The notes under the pieces: generated by a model
Databases searched by the model: none
Told to the model about the DNA's origin: nothing
What the model saw: only the letters and a program-made list of their open reading frames with translations
Shown here: positions 37,141 to 44,977 of the stretch, piece by piece
Layout: the number at the start of each line of letters is the position of its first letter
Numbering within the stretch: the first letter of the stretch is position 1
Translations under genes and position numbers: made by a program
Assembly: GCA_016188865.1 (NCBI GenBank)
Contig: JACPGX010000005.1
Location: 114,081 to 178,080 of the forward strand
Direction of reading: 5' to 3'
Length of the DNA stretch: 64,000 bases
Origin: Candidatus Nealsonbacteria bacterium
GTDB lineage: Bacteria > Patescibacteriota > Minisyncoccia > Minisyncoccales > MHMH01

Positions 37141-37707
37141 ATGAATCCCTTTAAATTTATCAGCAATATTAATATTGATTTCAATGAAATTATTTTACGT
37201 CTTATTTTATATTTAACTTCGAATGAACTTCAAGATAAGCTTCTTGTCTTGAAGATAGTTTTTCTCGCAATAATCGCCGCGCTTCTTGGGTTGATAATAT
37301 TCACCATAAGCAGAACTCATTATCTGCAGTGGTGGTTTATACAGGACGTTTCTCAATTTCTTACCAGGAGGCCGTACGGCGCAAAAAAAATAAATAGACA
37401 ATGGAATAAGATTTTGGAGCGCCTGGAAACAGGAATTGAATCGGATTATAAATTGGCGATTATTGAGGCGAATGATATGCTGGATGCCTCCTTAAAGAGA
37501 CTGGGGTTTGACGGGCAGACTCTTGAGGATAAATTAAAAAATTTGACTTCAGCTACTTTGCCTAATATTCTGCAACTTTTTGAAATTTATCGTCTTAGAA
37601 ATAATATTGTTCACGATCCCGATTACAGGCTGGCCTTAAATGAGGCTAAAGCAGCTTTGGATGTTTATGCTCAAGCTTTTCGCGACTTGCAAATCTTGGG
37701 AGAATAG
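37141..37707 (+). CDS. Hypothetical membrane-anchored protein
   Basis: One TM; KLAIIEANDML..G.TLEDKL..RNNIVHDPD. Confidence 0.8.
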   Translation: MNPFKFISNINIDFNEIILRLILYLTSNELQDKLLVLKIVFLAIIAALLGLIIFTISRTHYLQWWFIQDVSQFLTRRPYGAKKINRQWNKILERLETGIESDYKLAIIEANDMLDASLKRLGFDGQTLEDKLKNLTSATLPNILQLFEIYRLRNNIVHDPDYRLALNEAKAALDVYAQAFRDLQILGE

Positions 37708-37720
37708 TATAAAATTACCT

Positions 37721-37792
37721 CGCGGGGTGGACTAGCAGTAGGTCGTCTGGCTCATAACCAGAAAATCGCCGGTGCAATTCCGGCCCCCGCAA
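37721..37792 (+). tRNA. tRNA-fMet(CAT), initiator type
   Basis: CGCGGGG/CCCCGCA with C1:A72 mismatch; TCTGG-CTCATAA-CCAGA. Confidence 0.88.
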
Positions 37793-37808
37793 CACTTCGA
37801 CTCCAAGA

Positions 37809-37883
37809 GCCGGCGTAGCTCAGTGGTAGAGCAATGCCTTCATAAGGCAGTGGTCGTCAGTTCGAATCTGACCGTCGGCACCA
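37809..37883 (+). tRNA. tRNA-Met(CAT), probably elongator (Ile2 not excluded)
   Basis: GCCGGCG/CGTCGGC, TTCATAA loop, GTCAG-TTCGAAT-CTGAC, encoded CCA. Confidence 0.9.
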
Positions 37884-37964
37884 CGTAAAAAAATTTTATT
37901 GCGTAAAATTTTCACGTGGTAGCCTCGCGGGAAATTCAACAAAATTTTCTTTACGGAGGCATAT

Positions 37965-38217
37965 GGGCTCATGGCGTAGCCCGGTCTGACCCCGTACAAA
38001 TCCTGCGGGATTATACGGGGCAAGCACGCCTCTCGAAAAATGAATTTGCGCAAAGCGGGCTCATGGTGTAGCCCGGTCTAACACGCCTCCCTGTCACGGA
38101 GGAGATCAGGGGTTCAAATCCCCTTGGGCCCGCTTTGCGCAGGGAAGTCACGCTTGCCCGCCGAAGCCGAAGGCGTAGGCGGGGAGGAGATCAGGGGTTC
38201 AAATCCCCTTGGGCCCG
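37965..38217 (+). pseudogene. Fragmented outer tRNA-Asp copy enclosing the intact tRNA-Asp
   Basis: Collinear pieces 37965-37987, ~38024-38034, 38147-38152, 38184-38217 separated by three insertions. Confidence 0.8.
38057..38132 (+). tRNA. tRNA-Asp(GTC)
   Basis: GGGCTCA/TGGGCCC, CCTCC-CTGTCAC-GGAGG, AGGGG-TTCAAAT-CCCCT. Confidence 0.95.
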
Positions 38218-38272
38218 CCCAATAGTTTACGAGGCTTCGCCTCGTAAGTTTTATTTTTCCACAGGTAAGGTA

Positions 38273-38301
38273 TTGACAAGCAGTTATGCGTGAAATATAA
38301 T
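38273..38301 (+). promoter_or_regulatory. Consensus sigma70 promoter, likely leaderless transcript
   Basis: TTGACA-17 nt-TATAAT, 7 nt before ATG 38309, no SD. Confidence 0.85.
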
Positions 38302-38308
38302 TCACATA

Positions 38309-38599
38309 ATGAGGGATAAGTGCCATTTATTTTTTGAAACTCTGGGGACGGGCCTGAAAATAGATCTGATTTTTCAGCTCAAAAAAAGACCCTTGAGTGT
38401 TAAGCAGCTGTCGGAAAACCTTAAAGAAGAGAGAAGTAAGGTTTCTCACGCCTTGATTTCTCTTTTGGAATGCGGTTTAGTAAGAGTGAAGAAAGAGGGC
38501 AAGAGCAGAATTTACTTTTTGAATAAAGATACTATTTTGCCCTTGCTGAATTTAGTTGAGAAACATATTAAAAAATATTGTAAAATATGCAAAAAATAA
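38309..38599 (+). CDS. ArsR/SmtB-family transcriptional regulator
   Basis: LSVKQLSENLKEERSKVSHALISL..GLVRVKKEGKSRIY. Confidence 0.85.
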   Translation: MRDKCHLFFETLGTGLKIDLIFQLKKRPLSVKQLSENLKEERSKVSHALISLLECGLVRVKKEGKSRIYFLNKDTILPLLNLVEKHIKKYCKICKK

Positions 38600-38790
38600 C
38601 AAAAGATATGACGCTCGGCGAAATAGCCGAGAAATATTCAAAAGCGGTCGACATACTTATGAAATACGGCCTGCACTGCATAGGCTGTTCGGTTGCTGTC
38701 TGGGAAACCTTAGAGCAGGGAGCAGCAGCTCACGGCATAACAGGCAAGAAATTAGACGAAATATTGAAAGAATTGAACGAGGAGGCGTAG
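38587..38790 (+). CDS. DUF1858-like small protein
   Basis: ITKDMTLGEI..GLHCIGC..ETLEQGAAAHG. Confidence 0.85.
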   Translation: MQKITKDMTLGEIAEKYSKAVDILMKYGLHCIGCSVAVWETLEQGAAAHGITGKKLDEILKELNEEA

Positions 38791-38794
38791 ATAG

Positions 38795-39469
38795 ATGATT
38801 GATAAGTGTCCGGGGCAGAGCAATATTGTCAGGGGCCCTCAGGATGTCGAGTTTAAGTGTTCCAAGTGCGGCAAGATAGTTGAGGTTTGGCCGCCGGCTC
38901 TCGGAGTTAAATGTCCGAATTGCGGAACTTGGGTGAGCAGAGGAGAGTCCTGCGCTGATTGGTGCCCCGGCGGTGAAGAAATGGTTAAGCAATGTTTGGG
39001 TGAGGAGAAATATAAGGAGTGGAAAAAATCAAAAGCTATGGCAGAGTGTTGTCATCACAATTGCATAGAGGAACTCCGGTCAGACCACGAAAAGATTTTG
39101 GCCGAGCTGGATAAATTAGAAGCAGATCCTGCGGGTTATGCCAAGGAGTTTTTGAAATTCACCGAGGAGTTCGCCGAACCTCACCATCACAAAGAGGAAG
39201 AAGTGTTGTTTCCGGCTTTGGAGAAAAAAGGCATACCCAATGAGGGCGGTCCTATTGGCATGATGTTAATGGAGCACGAGATGAAGAGGGGATACGTCAA
39301 AGAACTGGCAGCCGGGAAAATAGAAGCGGCAATGAAGATAGTTTCTCTCTTGAGGGATCATATTAATAAAGAAAATAATATTCTGTATCCTATGGCTGAA
39401 CAGGTTTTGACTGAAGAAGAATTAGCGGAAATGGGTCATAGGTGTGAAAAGTTGAAAGATAAAAAGTAG
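38795..39469 (+). CDS. Zinc-ribbon + hemerythrin (HHE) domain protein
   Basis: CSKCG..CPNCG..SCADWC; DH, HHHKEE, MEHE, HINKEN. Confidence 0.85.
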   Translation: MIDKCPGQSNIVRGPQDVEFKCSKCGKIVEVWPPALGVKCPNCGTWVSRGESCADWCPGGEEMVKQCLGEEKYKEWKKSKAMAECCHHNCIEELRSDHEKILAELDKLEADPAGYAKEFLKFTEEFAEPHHHKEEEVLFPALEKKGIPNEGGPIGMMLMEHEMKRGYVKELAAGKIEAAMKIVSLLRDHINKENNILYPMAEQVLTEEELAEMGHRCEKLKDKK

Positions 39470-39557
39470 GAATACAAAAGAGTCGAGCAAATGCTTGACT
39501 CTTTTTTGTTTTTGGCTTAAACTTTTTTTGGTACTTTAAATTAAAGGAGGAGAACTA

Positions 39558-40400
39558 TTGCCGGAAAGAAATTTCAATGAGATGATCCAGAGGAAATGGA
39601 ATGAGGGTAAGTCCATCTGCGTCGGCTTAGACAGCGATCCCGATAAAATTCCTGCGATAATTCGCAGCGGCCAAGATTATGGCGTAGGGCTTTTTAACTT
39701 CGCAATTATTGATGCTACATATGATTTAGTCTGCGCCTATAAACCCAATCTTGCTTTCTATGAAAGCTTGGGAGAATTTGGGCCTATCGCTCTCAAAGCA
39801 ACCATAAATCGTATAAGATTTATGGACCCGGAACTGCCCGTAATCGGCGACATGAAGGCAGGCGATATTGGCAATACCAATTGGAAATATGTTAGAAAAG
39901 CTTTTGAGTATTTTGGTTTTGACGCTATCACAATAAATCCGTATCCCGGCAGGGAGGCGTTGCAGCCATTTTTAGACCAGAAAAATAAGGGGATTTTTGT
40001 TCTTTGCCGGACCTCTAACGAAGGTTCTGATGAATTTCAGGGCCGGAATGTTATTGTTTTAGACAGGCATGTTCCTCTTTATCGGTATGTTGCTCACAGG
40101 GTGGCAAATTTCTGGAATCAGAATGGAAATTGCGGTTTGGTGGTTGGGGCGACTTGTCCGGAAGAACTGTCCGAGGTTAGAATGATTGCCGGCGACAATA
40201 TGCCGATTCTTATTCCCGGCATTGGCGAGCAGGGCGGAGATCTTAAAGCTGTATTGAAAGCCGGTAGAAACAGCGATGGTCAGGGCATGATTATTAATTC
40301 TTCTCGAAAGATTATTTTCGCTTCTTCCGGTCCGGATTTTGCTGAAGCTGCCAGAAAGGAAGTTATTAAACTTTTAAAGGCCGTAAATCAATGTTTCTGA
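39558..40400 (+). CDS. pyrF: Orotidine-5'-phosphate decarboxylase
   Basis: CVGLD, YKPNLAFYE, DMKAGDIGNT, LCRTSN, IPGIGEQGG. Confidence 0.95.
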   Translation: MPERNFNEMIQRKWNEGKSICVGLDSDPDKIPAIIRSGQDYGVGLFNFAIIDATYDLVCAYKPNLAFYESLGEFGPIALKATINRIRFMDPELPVIGDMKAGDIGNTNWKYVRKAFEYFGFDAITINPYPGREALQPFLDQKNKGIFVLCRTSNEGSDEFQGRNVIVLDRHVPLYRYVAHRVANFWNQNGNCGLVVGATCPEELSEVRMIAGDNMPILIPGIGEQGGDLKAVLKAGRNSDGQGMIINSSRKIIFASSGPDFAEAARKEVIKLLKAVNQCF

Positions 40401-40411
40401 TGAGAGGGTAA

Positions 40412-41014
40412 ATGGATAAAAAACACTGGGTTGAAGAGAAATTTGAAGAATGCGGGGCAATTTTAGACGGGCATTTTGTTTTAGCTTCCGAAAGGCACAG
40501 TAAGACATATTTGGAAAAAGCCTTAGTTTACGTTAACCCGGAAATAGTCTCAGAGCTATGCTATCAGATGGCTATAAATGTCGGCCTATCTTCAAAAGTA
40601 AGCGTTTCAAATATCGAATGCGTTGTTGGTCCATCTTTGGGCGGTATTATTTTATCTCAATTTACCGCCTATCATTTAAGCTCTATGTTTTCGAAAAATG
40701 TATTATCGCTATTCACAGAAAAAGATGCCGCCGGGAAACAAGTTCTTAAGAGAGGATATCAGAAACTCATTGCTGGTAAAAGAGTATTAATTGTTGACGA
40801 TATTTTAACCACTGGGGAATCGATTAAGCAAGTAGCTCAAGCAGTTGAGCAAGCCGGAGGAATAATTGTGGCTGTAGCTGTGATATGTAACCGCGAAGAT
40901 GTAACTTCAGCAAAGCTCGGCTATCCGCTTTTCTGTCTGTGGAGAACAAATATCGAAAGCTGGCCGGCAAAAGAGTGCCCCCTATGTCAGCGAGGCATTC
41001 CCATCACAATGTAA
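40412..41014 (+). CDS. pyrE: Orotate phosphoribosyltransferase
   Basis: GHFVLAS, VLIVDDILTTGES PRPP motif; follows pyrF. Confidence 0.9.
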   Translation: MDKKHWVEEKFEECGAILDGHFVLASERHSKTYLEKALVYVNPEIVSELCYQMAINVGLSSKVSVSNIECVVGPSLGGIILSQFTAYHLSSMFSKNVLSLFTEKDAAGKQVLKRGYQKLIAGKRVLIVDDILTTGESIKQVAQAVEQAGGIIVAVAVICNREDVTSAKLGYPLFCLWRTNIESWPAKECPLCQRGIPITM

Positions 41015-41875
41015 CTGGTACGACCCGTTACATATTAAAAAGAGCTTTGTAAAAAGCTCTTTTATGTTTGCGTTATTCTTGATTTGTATCTTTCCTTAAT
41101 CTATAATAATGTAACGGGTACGACCCGTTACATGCATAATATGCCGGGGAAAAGAAAGGTACAATTTGTTAATGGGGGAATATATCATATCGTAACGAGA
41201 GCCGTTGATGGCACGGAACTTTTTCGTGAACAAGGCGATAATCTTCGGATGACTCATGATATTTTTGAATTTAATGATTTAACGCCACTTTCATCAGCGT
41301 TGCGAATTGTTCATTGTCGAAATAAAAATAACACCATTCCTCTTACTACGGAACGCAGAGAAAGGAAATTATTAGTGGAAATCTTGGCATTTTGTTTTAT
41401 GCCTAACCATGTTCATTTATTACTTAGACAACTTCAAGACAGGGGAGTTCAAAAATTTATGCAAAAATTAGGTGGTTACACCACTTATTATAATAAAAAA
41501 TATCAGAGGCAGGGTTATCTTTTTCAGGGCAGATATCGAGCAGTTCACATTAAAGATGATAAACAATTAATGACGGTATTTGTTTATATTCATACTAATC
41601 CAGTGGCCCTTCTTTACCCGGGCTGGAAAGAAAGAGGTATTAAAGATATTAAAAAGGCCATAGAATTTATTAATCAATATAGATGGTCAAGCTATTTGGA
41701 TTATCTGGGAATTAAGAATTTTCCGTCTTTGACCAGTAGAGAATTTTTAATAAAAACAATAGGTGGAATGGAAGAGTGCCAAAGATTAGTAGAAGATTGG
41801 CTTTATCAAAAACGTGTACTATTTGACCTTGATAAGGTCGCACTGGAATAATGTAACGGGTACGACCCGTTACAT
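41009..41875 (+). mobile_element. RAYT element 2 with three same-orientation palindromes
   Basis: ATGTAACGGGT-ACG-ACCCGTTACAT at 41109-41133 and 41851-41875; 1-mismatch copy at 41009-41033. Confidence 0.88.
41141..41851 (+). CDS. REP-associated tyrosine transposase (HUH/Y1)
   Basis: IYHIVTR, MPNHVH, FQGRY, YIHTNP, WSSY. Confidence 0.92.
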   Translation: MPGKRKVQFVNGGIYHIVTRAVDGTELFREQGDNLRMTHDIFEFNDLTPLSSALRIVHCRNKNNTIPLTTERRERKLLVEILAFCFMPNHVHLLLRQLQDRGVQKFMQKLGGYTTYYNKKYQRQGYLFQGRYRAVHIKDDKQLMTVFVYIHTNPVALLYPGWKERGIKDIKKAIEFINQYRWSSYLDYLGIKNFPSLTSREFLIKTIGGMEECQRLVEDWLYQKRVLFDLDKVALE

Positions 41876-41932
41876 TTAGTTTTCCACAATTGGGGGCTTG
41901 ATTTTGACTTAATTTTAGGGTAAAATAGAGTA

Positions 41933-42925
41933 ATGGCAAAGACGAAAATTAGCTTAAAATTGCTCAAAAATAAGGCGCAAAAAGAGATGCTTCAGGCGAA
42001 AGACCTGAAGGATTTAGACATTGTTTTTAAGAAGTACCTAGGTGACGAGGGAGAGGTTACTTTGGTATTACGTTCCTTAAAAAAATTACCGAAAACAAAG
42101 AAAGCCAAGATCGGCAAAGAGGCAAATGAGCTTAAAAATTTCTTAAAAATTAAGTTTGCCGAGGCAGCCGCTGCCTTGAAAGAGAAAGCTCAAAAAGAGG
42201 CTGAATTAAAAGAGTGGTTTGACATTACTGTCCCTGGAGAGAAAGTTGCCTTTGGGCATTTGCATCCGTTAACTTTAGTGCAGAGAAAATGCGAAGAGAT
42301 TTTCCAATTTATGGGTTTTTCAATAATTGAAGGGCCTGAAATGGAAGAAGAATGGTATAATTTCGACGCTTTAAACATCCCCAAAAATCACCCGGCGCGG
42401 GACCTTTGGGATACTTTTTATTTAAAAAACGGTTTGCTTTTGCGTACTCATACCAGCCCTGTCCAGATTCGCTATATGGAGAAAAATCAGCCGCCCCTCA
42501 GGATTATAGCCCCGGGTCGTGTTTTCCGCCACGAGGCCACTGATTCATCGCATGAAGTTAATTTTTATCAGGTCGAAGGATTAATGATTGGCAGAGATAT
42601 TTCCGTTGCTAATTTTAAAGCCATAATTCAGGAATTTTTCAGAAGATTTTTTTCCAAGGACGTAGAAATTAGGCTTAGGCCAAGTTATTTTCCATTTGTG
42701 GAGCCGGGCTTCGAAATAGACATAAAATGGGGAGACCAATGGATGGAAATAATGGGGGCTGGAATGGTTCATCCCAATGTATTGAAAAATGCCGGGCTGA
42801 ATCCTAGTGACTGGCAAGGTTTTGCTTTTGGCATGGGTTTGGATAGATTAGCAATGATAAAGTATAAAGTTGACGATGTTAGATTATTTTATTCGGGAGA
42901 TTTAAGATTTTTGAATCAGTTTTAA
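41933..42925 (+). CDS. pheS: Phenylalanine--tRNA ligase alpha subunit
   Basis: GHLHP, HPARD, LRTHTS, YFPFVEP, GFAFGMG. Confidence 0.97.
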   Translation: MAKTKISLKLLKNKAQKEMLQAKDLKDLDIVFKKYLGDEGEVTLVLRSLKKLPKTKKAKIGKEANELKNFLKIKFAEAAAALKEKAQKEAELKEWFDITVPGEKVAFGHLHPLTLVQRKCEEIFQFMGFSIIEGPEMEEEWYNFDALNIPKNHPARDLWDTFYLKNGLLLRTHTSPVQIRYMEKNQPPLRIIAPGRVFRHEATDSSHEVNFYQVEGLMIGRDISVANFKAIIQEFFRRFFSKDVEIRLRPSYFPFVEPGFEIDIKWGDQWMEIMGAGMVHPNVLKNAGLNPSDWQGFAFGMGLDRLAMIKYKVDDVRLFYSGDLRFLNQF

Positions 42926-43008
42926 GTTATTCATATTTTGTCTTTTCTTCGCGCTTTACCCTAAAGGGCTCCGACGCGACTCAGAAAATCCAAAATATTA
43001 ATTTTTTT

Positions 43009-44976
43009 ATGATATTTTCATATAATTGGCTGCAATCTTTTTTCACGAGAAAATTGCCCAAGCCGGAAAAATTGGCAGAGCTTTTGACTATGCATAGTTT
43101 TGAAGTAGGGGAAGTTAAAAAAGCCGGTAGCGATTGGACACTAGATATCGATGTCTTGCCAAACAGGGCGGGAGATTGTTTTTCGCATTTCGGAATAGCC
43201 AGAGAAATAGCCGCTATTATAAATTCGAAATTCGAAATTCGAAATTCGAAACAAATTATAAATTCTAAATTACAAACGAAAGATTTTGTTTCGGTGGACG
43301 TTAGGGCTAAACAGGCGTGTTTAAGATATACGGCCAAAGTGATTACAGACGTTAAGGTGGGGCCATCCCCAAAGTGGTTGAAAGATAAGCTGGAAGTTTG
43401 CGGCTTGAATTCCATTAATAATGTGGTAGATGCCGCCAATTACGTGATGCTAGAGACTGGTCAGCCAATGCATGCCTTTGATTTAGAGAAATTAGAAGAT
43501 CAAAAAATTATTGTTAGATTTGCCAAAGAAGACGAGAAAATTACGACTTTAGACAATCAGGTATTCAATCTAAACCCAGCAATACTGGTTATTGCCGATG
43601 TTAAAAAACCGGTAGCTATAGCCGGAATTAAGGGGGGCACATCTCCGGAGATCAGTGAAGCGACAAAAACCATAGTTTTGGAGTCGGCCAATTTCGATCC
43701 GACTATTACCCGTAGAGCATCAAAAGAGTTAAATCTTAAAACAGACGCATCCTTGAGATTTGAACACGGAATTGATCCCAATTTATCCGAAATAGCAATC
43801 GATAGGGCAGCCGAGATTATTTCACGAGTTGCTGGCGGTCAAATTGCTTCAGGATTAGTTGATTTTTATTCCAAGAAAGTTTTGCCCAAAAGAATTAAAT
43901 TGGATTTGGATTATTTAAAAAGCTTGTTAGGCATTGAAATTTCAGCTGCTGAAGTAAAAGTGATTTTAAACAGCTTAGGTTTTAAAATAATCGGAGTCCG
44001 ACTCCCATTATTGGTTGAAATTCCGACATTCAGGTTAGATATTTCTCTGCAGGAAGATTTGATTGAAGAAGTTGGCCGGATTTATGGTTATGATAAAATA
44101 CCGGTTGTTTTTCCTCTGGCTTCTTTGATCCCGCCCGTCAGAAACGATAATTTATTTTGGACCAGCATAGTAAAAGATATTTTTAGAGGAGTCGGTTTTA
44201 CAGAAATATATAACTATTCTTTTCAAAAAGAAGCAGGAGAAGTAGAAGTAGAAAATCCCCAAAGTTTGGAATATCGATATTTAAGGCCAAGTTTGATTCC
44301 TAATTTATTGAAAAACGTTGAAAAGAACAGCGTCAATTTTAAAAAGATAAAAATTTTTGAGTTGGGGAAGGTATTCGAAGATAAGACAGAGAAGAGAATG
44401 CTTACCGGGATGCTTGTTGGAGAAGATTTCTATCGGTTGAAAGGAGTGATAGATTCGCTTTTCAATAAATTGGGCATAGTTAAAGTTTGGTATGACGATT
44501 ATCAGGCTAGCCCGGAAGATAGTCCAAAATCTTTGTGGCATCATAAAAAATCCGCAGAAATTAAAGTTAGAGACATTGAGCTGGGTTTTTTGGGTGAACT
44601 AAAAGATAAGCCCAATATAGTGGCTTTCGATTTAGATTTTGATAAATTAACGGCTCTGGCTTCAGAAGAGCACGAATACAGGCAAATTTCTAAATACCCT
44701 GCGACAATAAGAGATTTAGCAGTTTTGGTGCCCGCATTAACCAGAGTGGAAGAAGTGCTGAATGTTATAGAAACGGCAGGCGGCAGTATTTTAAAAGATG
44801 TTGATTTATTTGATATTTATGAAGGAGAAGGCATTGGAGATGGGAAGAAAAATTTAGCTTTTCATTTTGTTTATCAGGCAGAGGACAGAACTTTAACCTC
44901 GATTGAAGTTTATAAAATTCATCAAAAAATAATTGAAGCTCTGGAGGAAAATCCAGAGTGGGAAGTGAGACGATAA
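43009..44976 (+). CDS. pheT: Phenylalanine--tRNA ligase beta subunit (short form)
   Basis: PNRAGD, INNVVD, RFEHG, DLIEEVGRIYG, LFDIY; 655 aa, no OB-fold insert. Confidence 0.95.
   Translation: MIFSYNWLQSFFTRKLPKPEKLAELLTMHSFEVGEVKKAGSDWTLDIDVLPNRAGDCFSHFGIAREIAAIINSKFEIRNSKQIINSKLQTKDFVSVDVRAKQACLRYTAKVITDVKVGPSPKWLKDKLEVCGLNSINNVVDAANYVMLETGQPMHAFDLEKLEDQKIIVRFAKEDEKITTLDNQVFNLNPAILVIADVKKPVAIAGIKGGTSPEISEATKTIVLESANFDPTITRRASKELNLKTDASLRFEHGIDPNLSEIAIDRAAEIISRVAGGQIASGLVDFYSKKVLPKRIKLDLDYLKSLLGIEISAAEVKVILNSLGFKIIGVRLPLLVEIPTFRLDISLQEDLIEEVGRIYGYDKIPVVFPLASLIPPVRNDNLFWTSIVKDIFRGVGFTEIYNYSFQKEAGEVEVENPQSLEYRYLRPSLIPNLLKNVEKNSVNFKKIKIFELGKVFEDKTEKRMLTGMLVGEDFYRLKGVIDSLFNKLGIVKVWYDDYQASPEDSPKSLWHHKKSAEIKVRDIELGFLGELKDKPNIVAFDLDFDKLTALASEEHEYRQISKYPATIRDLAVLVPALTRVEEVLNVIETAGGSILKDVDLFDIYEGEGIGDGKKNLAFHFVYQAEDRTLTSIEVYKIHQKIIEALEENPEWEVRR
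43221..43251 (+). repeat. 7-bp tandem repeat inside pheT
   Basis: (AAATTCG)4 + AAA. Confidence 0.85.
43986..44012. repeat. 27-bp palindrome inside pheT
   Basis: AATAATCGGAGT-CCG-ACTCCCATTATT. Confidence 0.88.
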
Positions 44977-44977
44977 T

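Noticed and set aside
37820-38326. Minus-strand ORFs over the tRNA cluster
   Set aside because: Antisense translations of tRNA genes.
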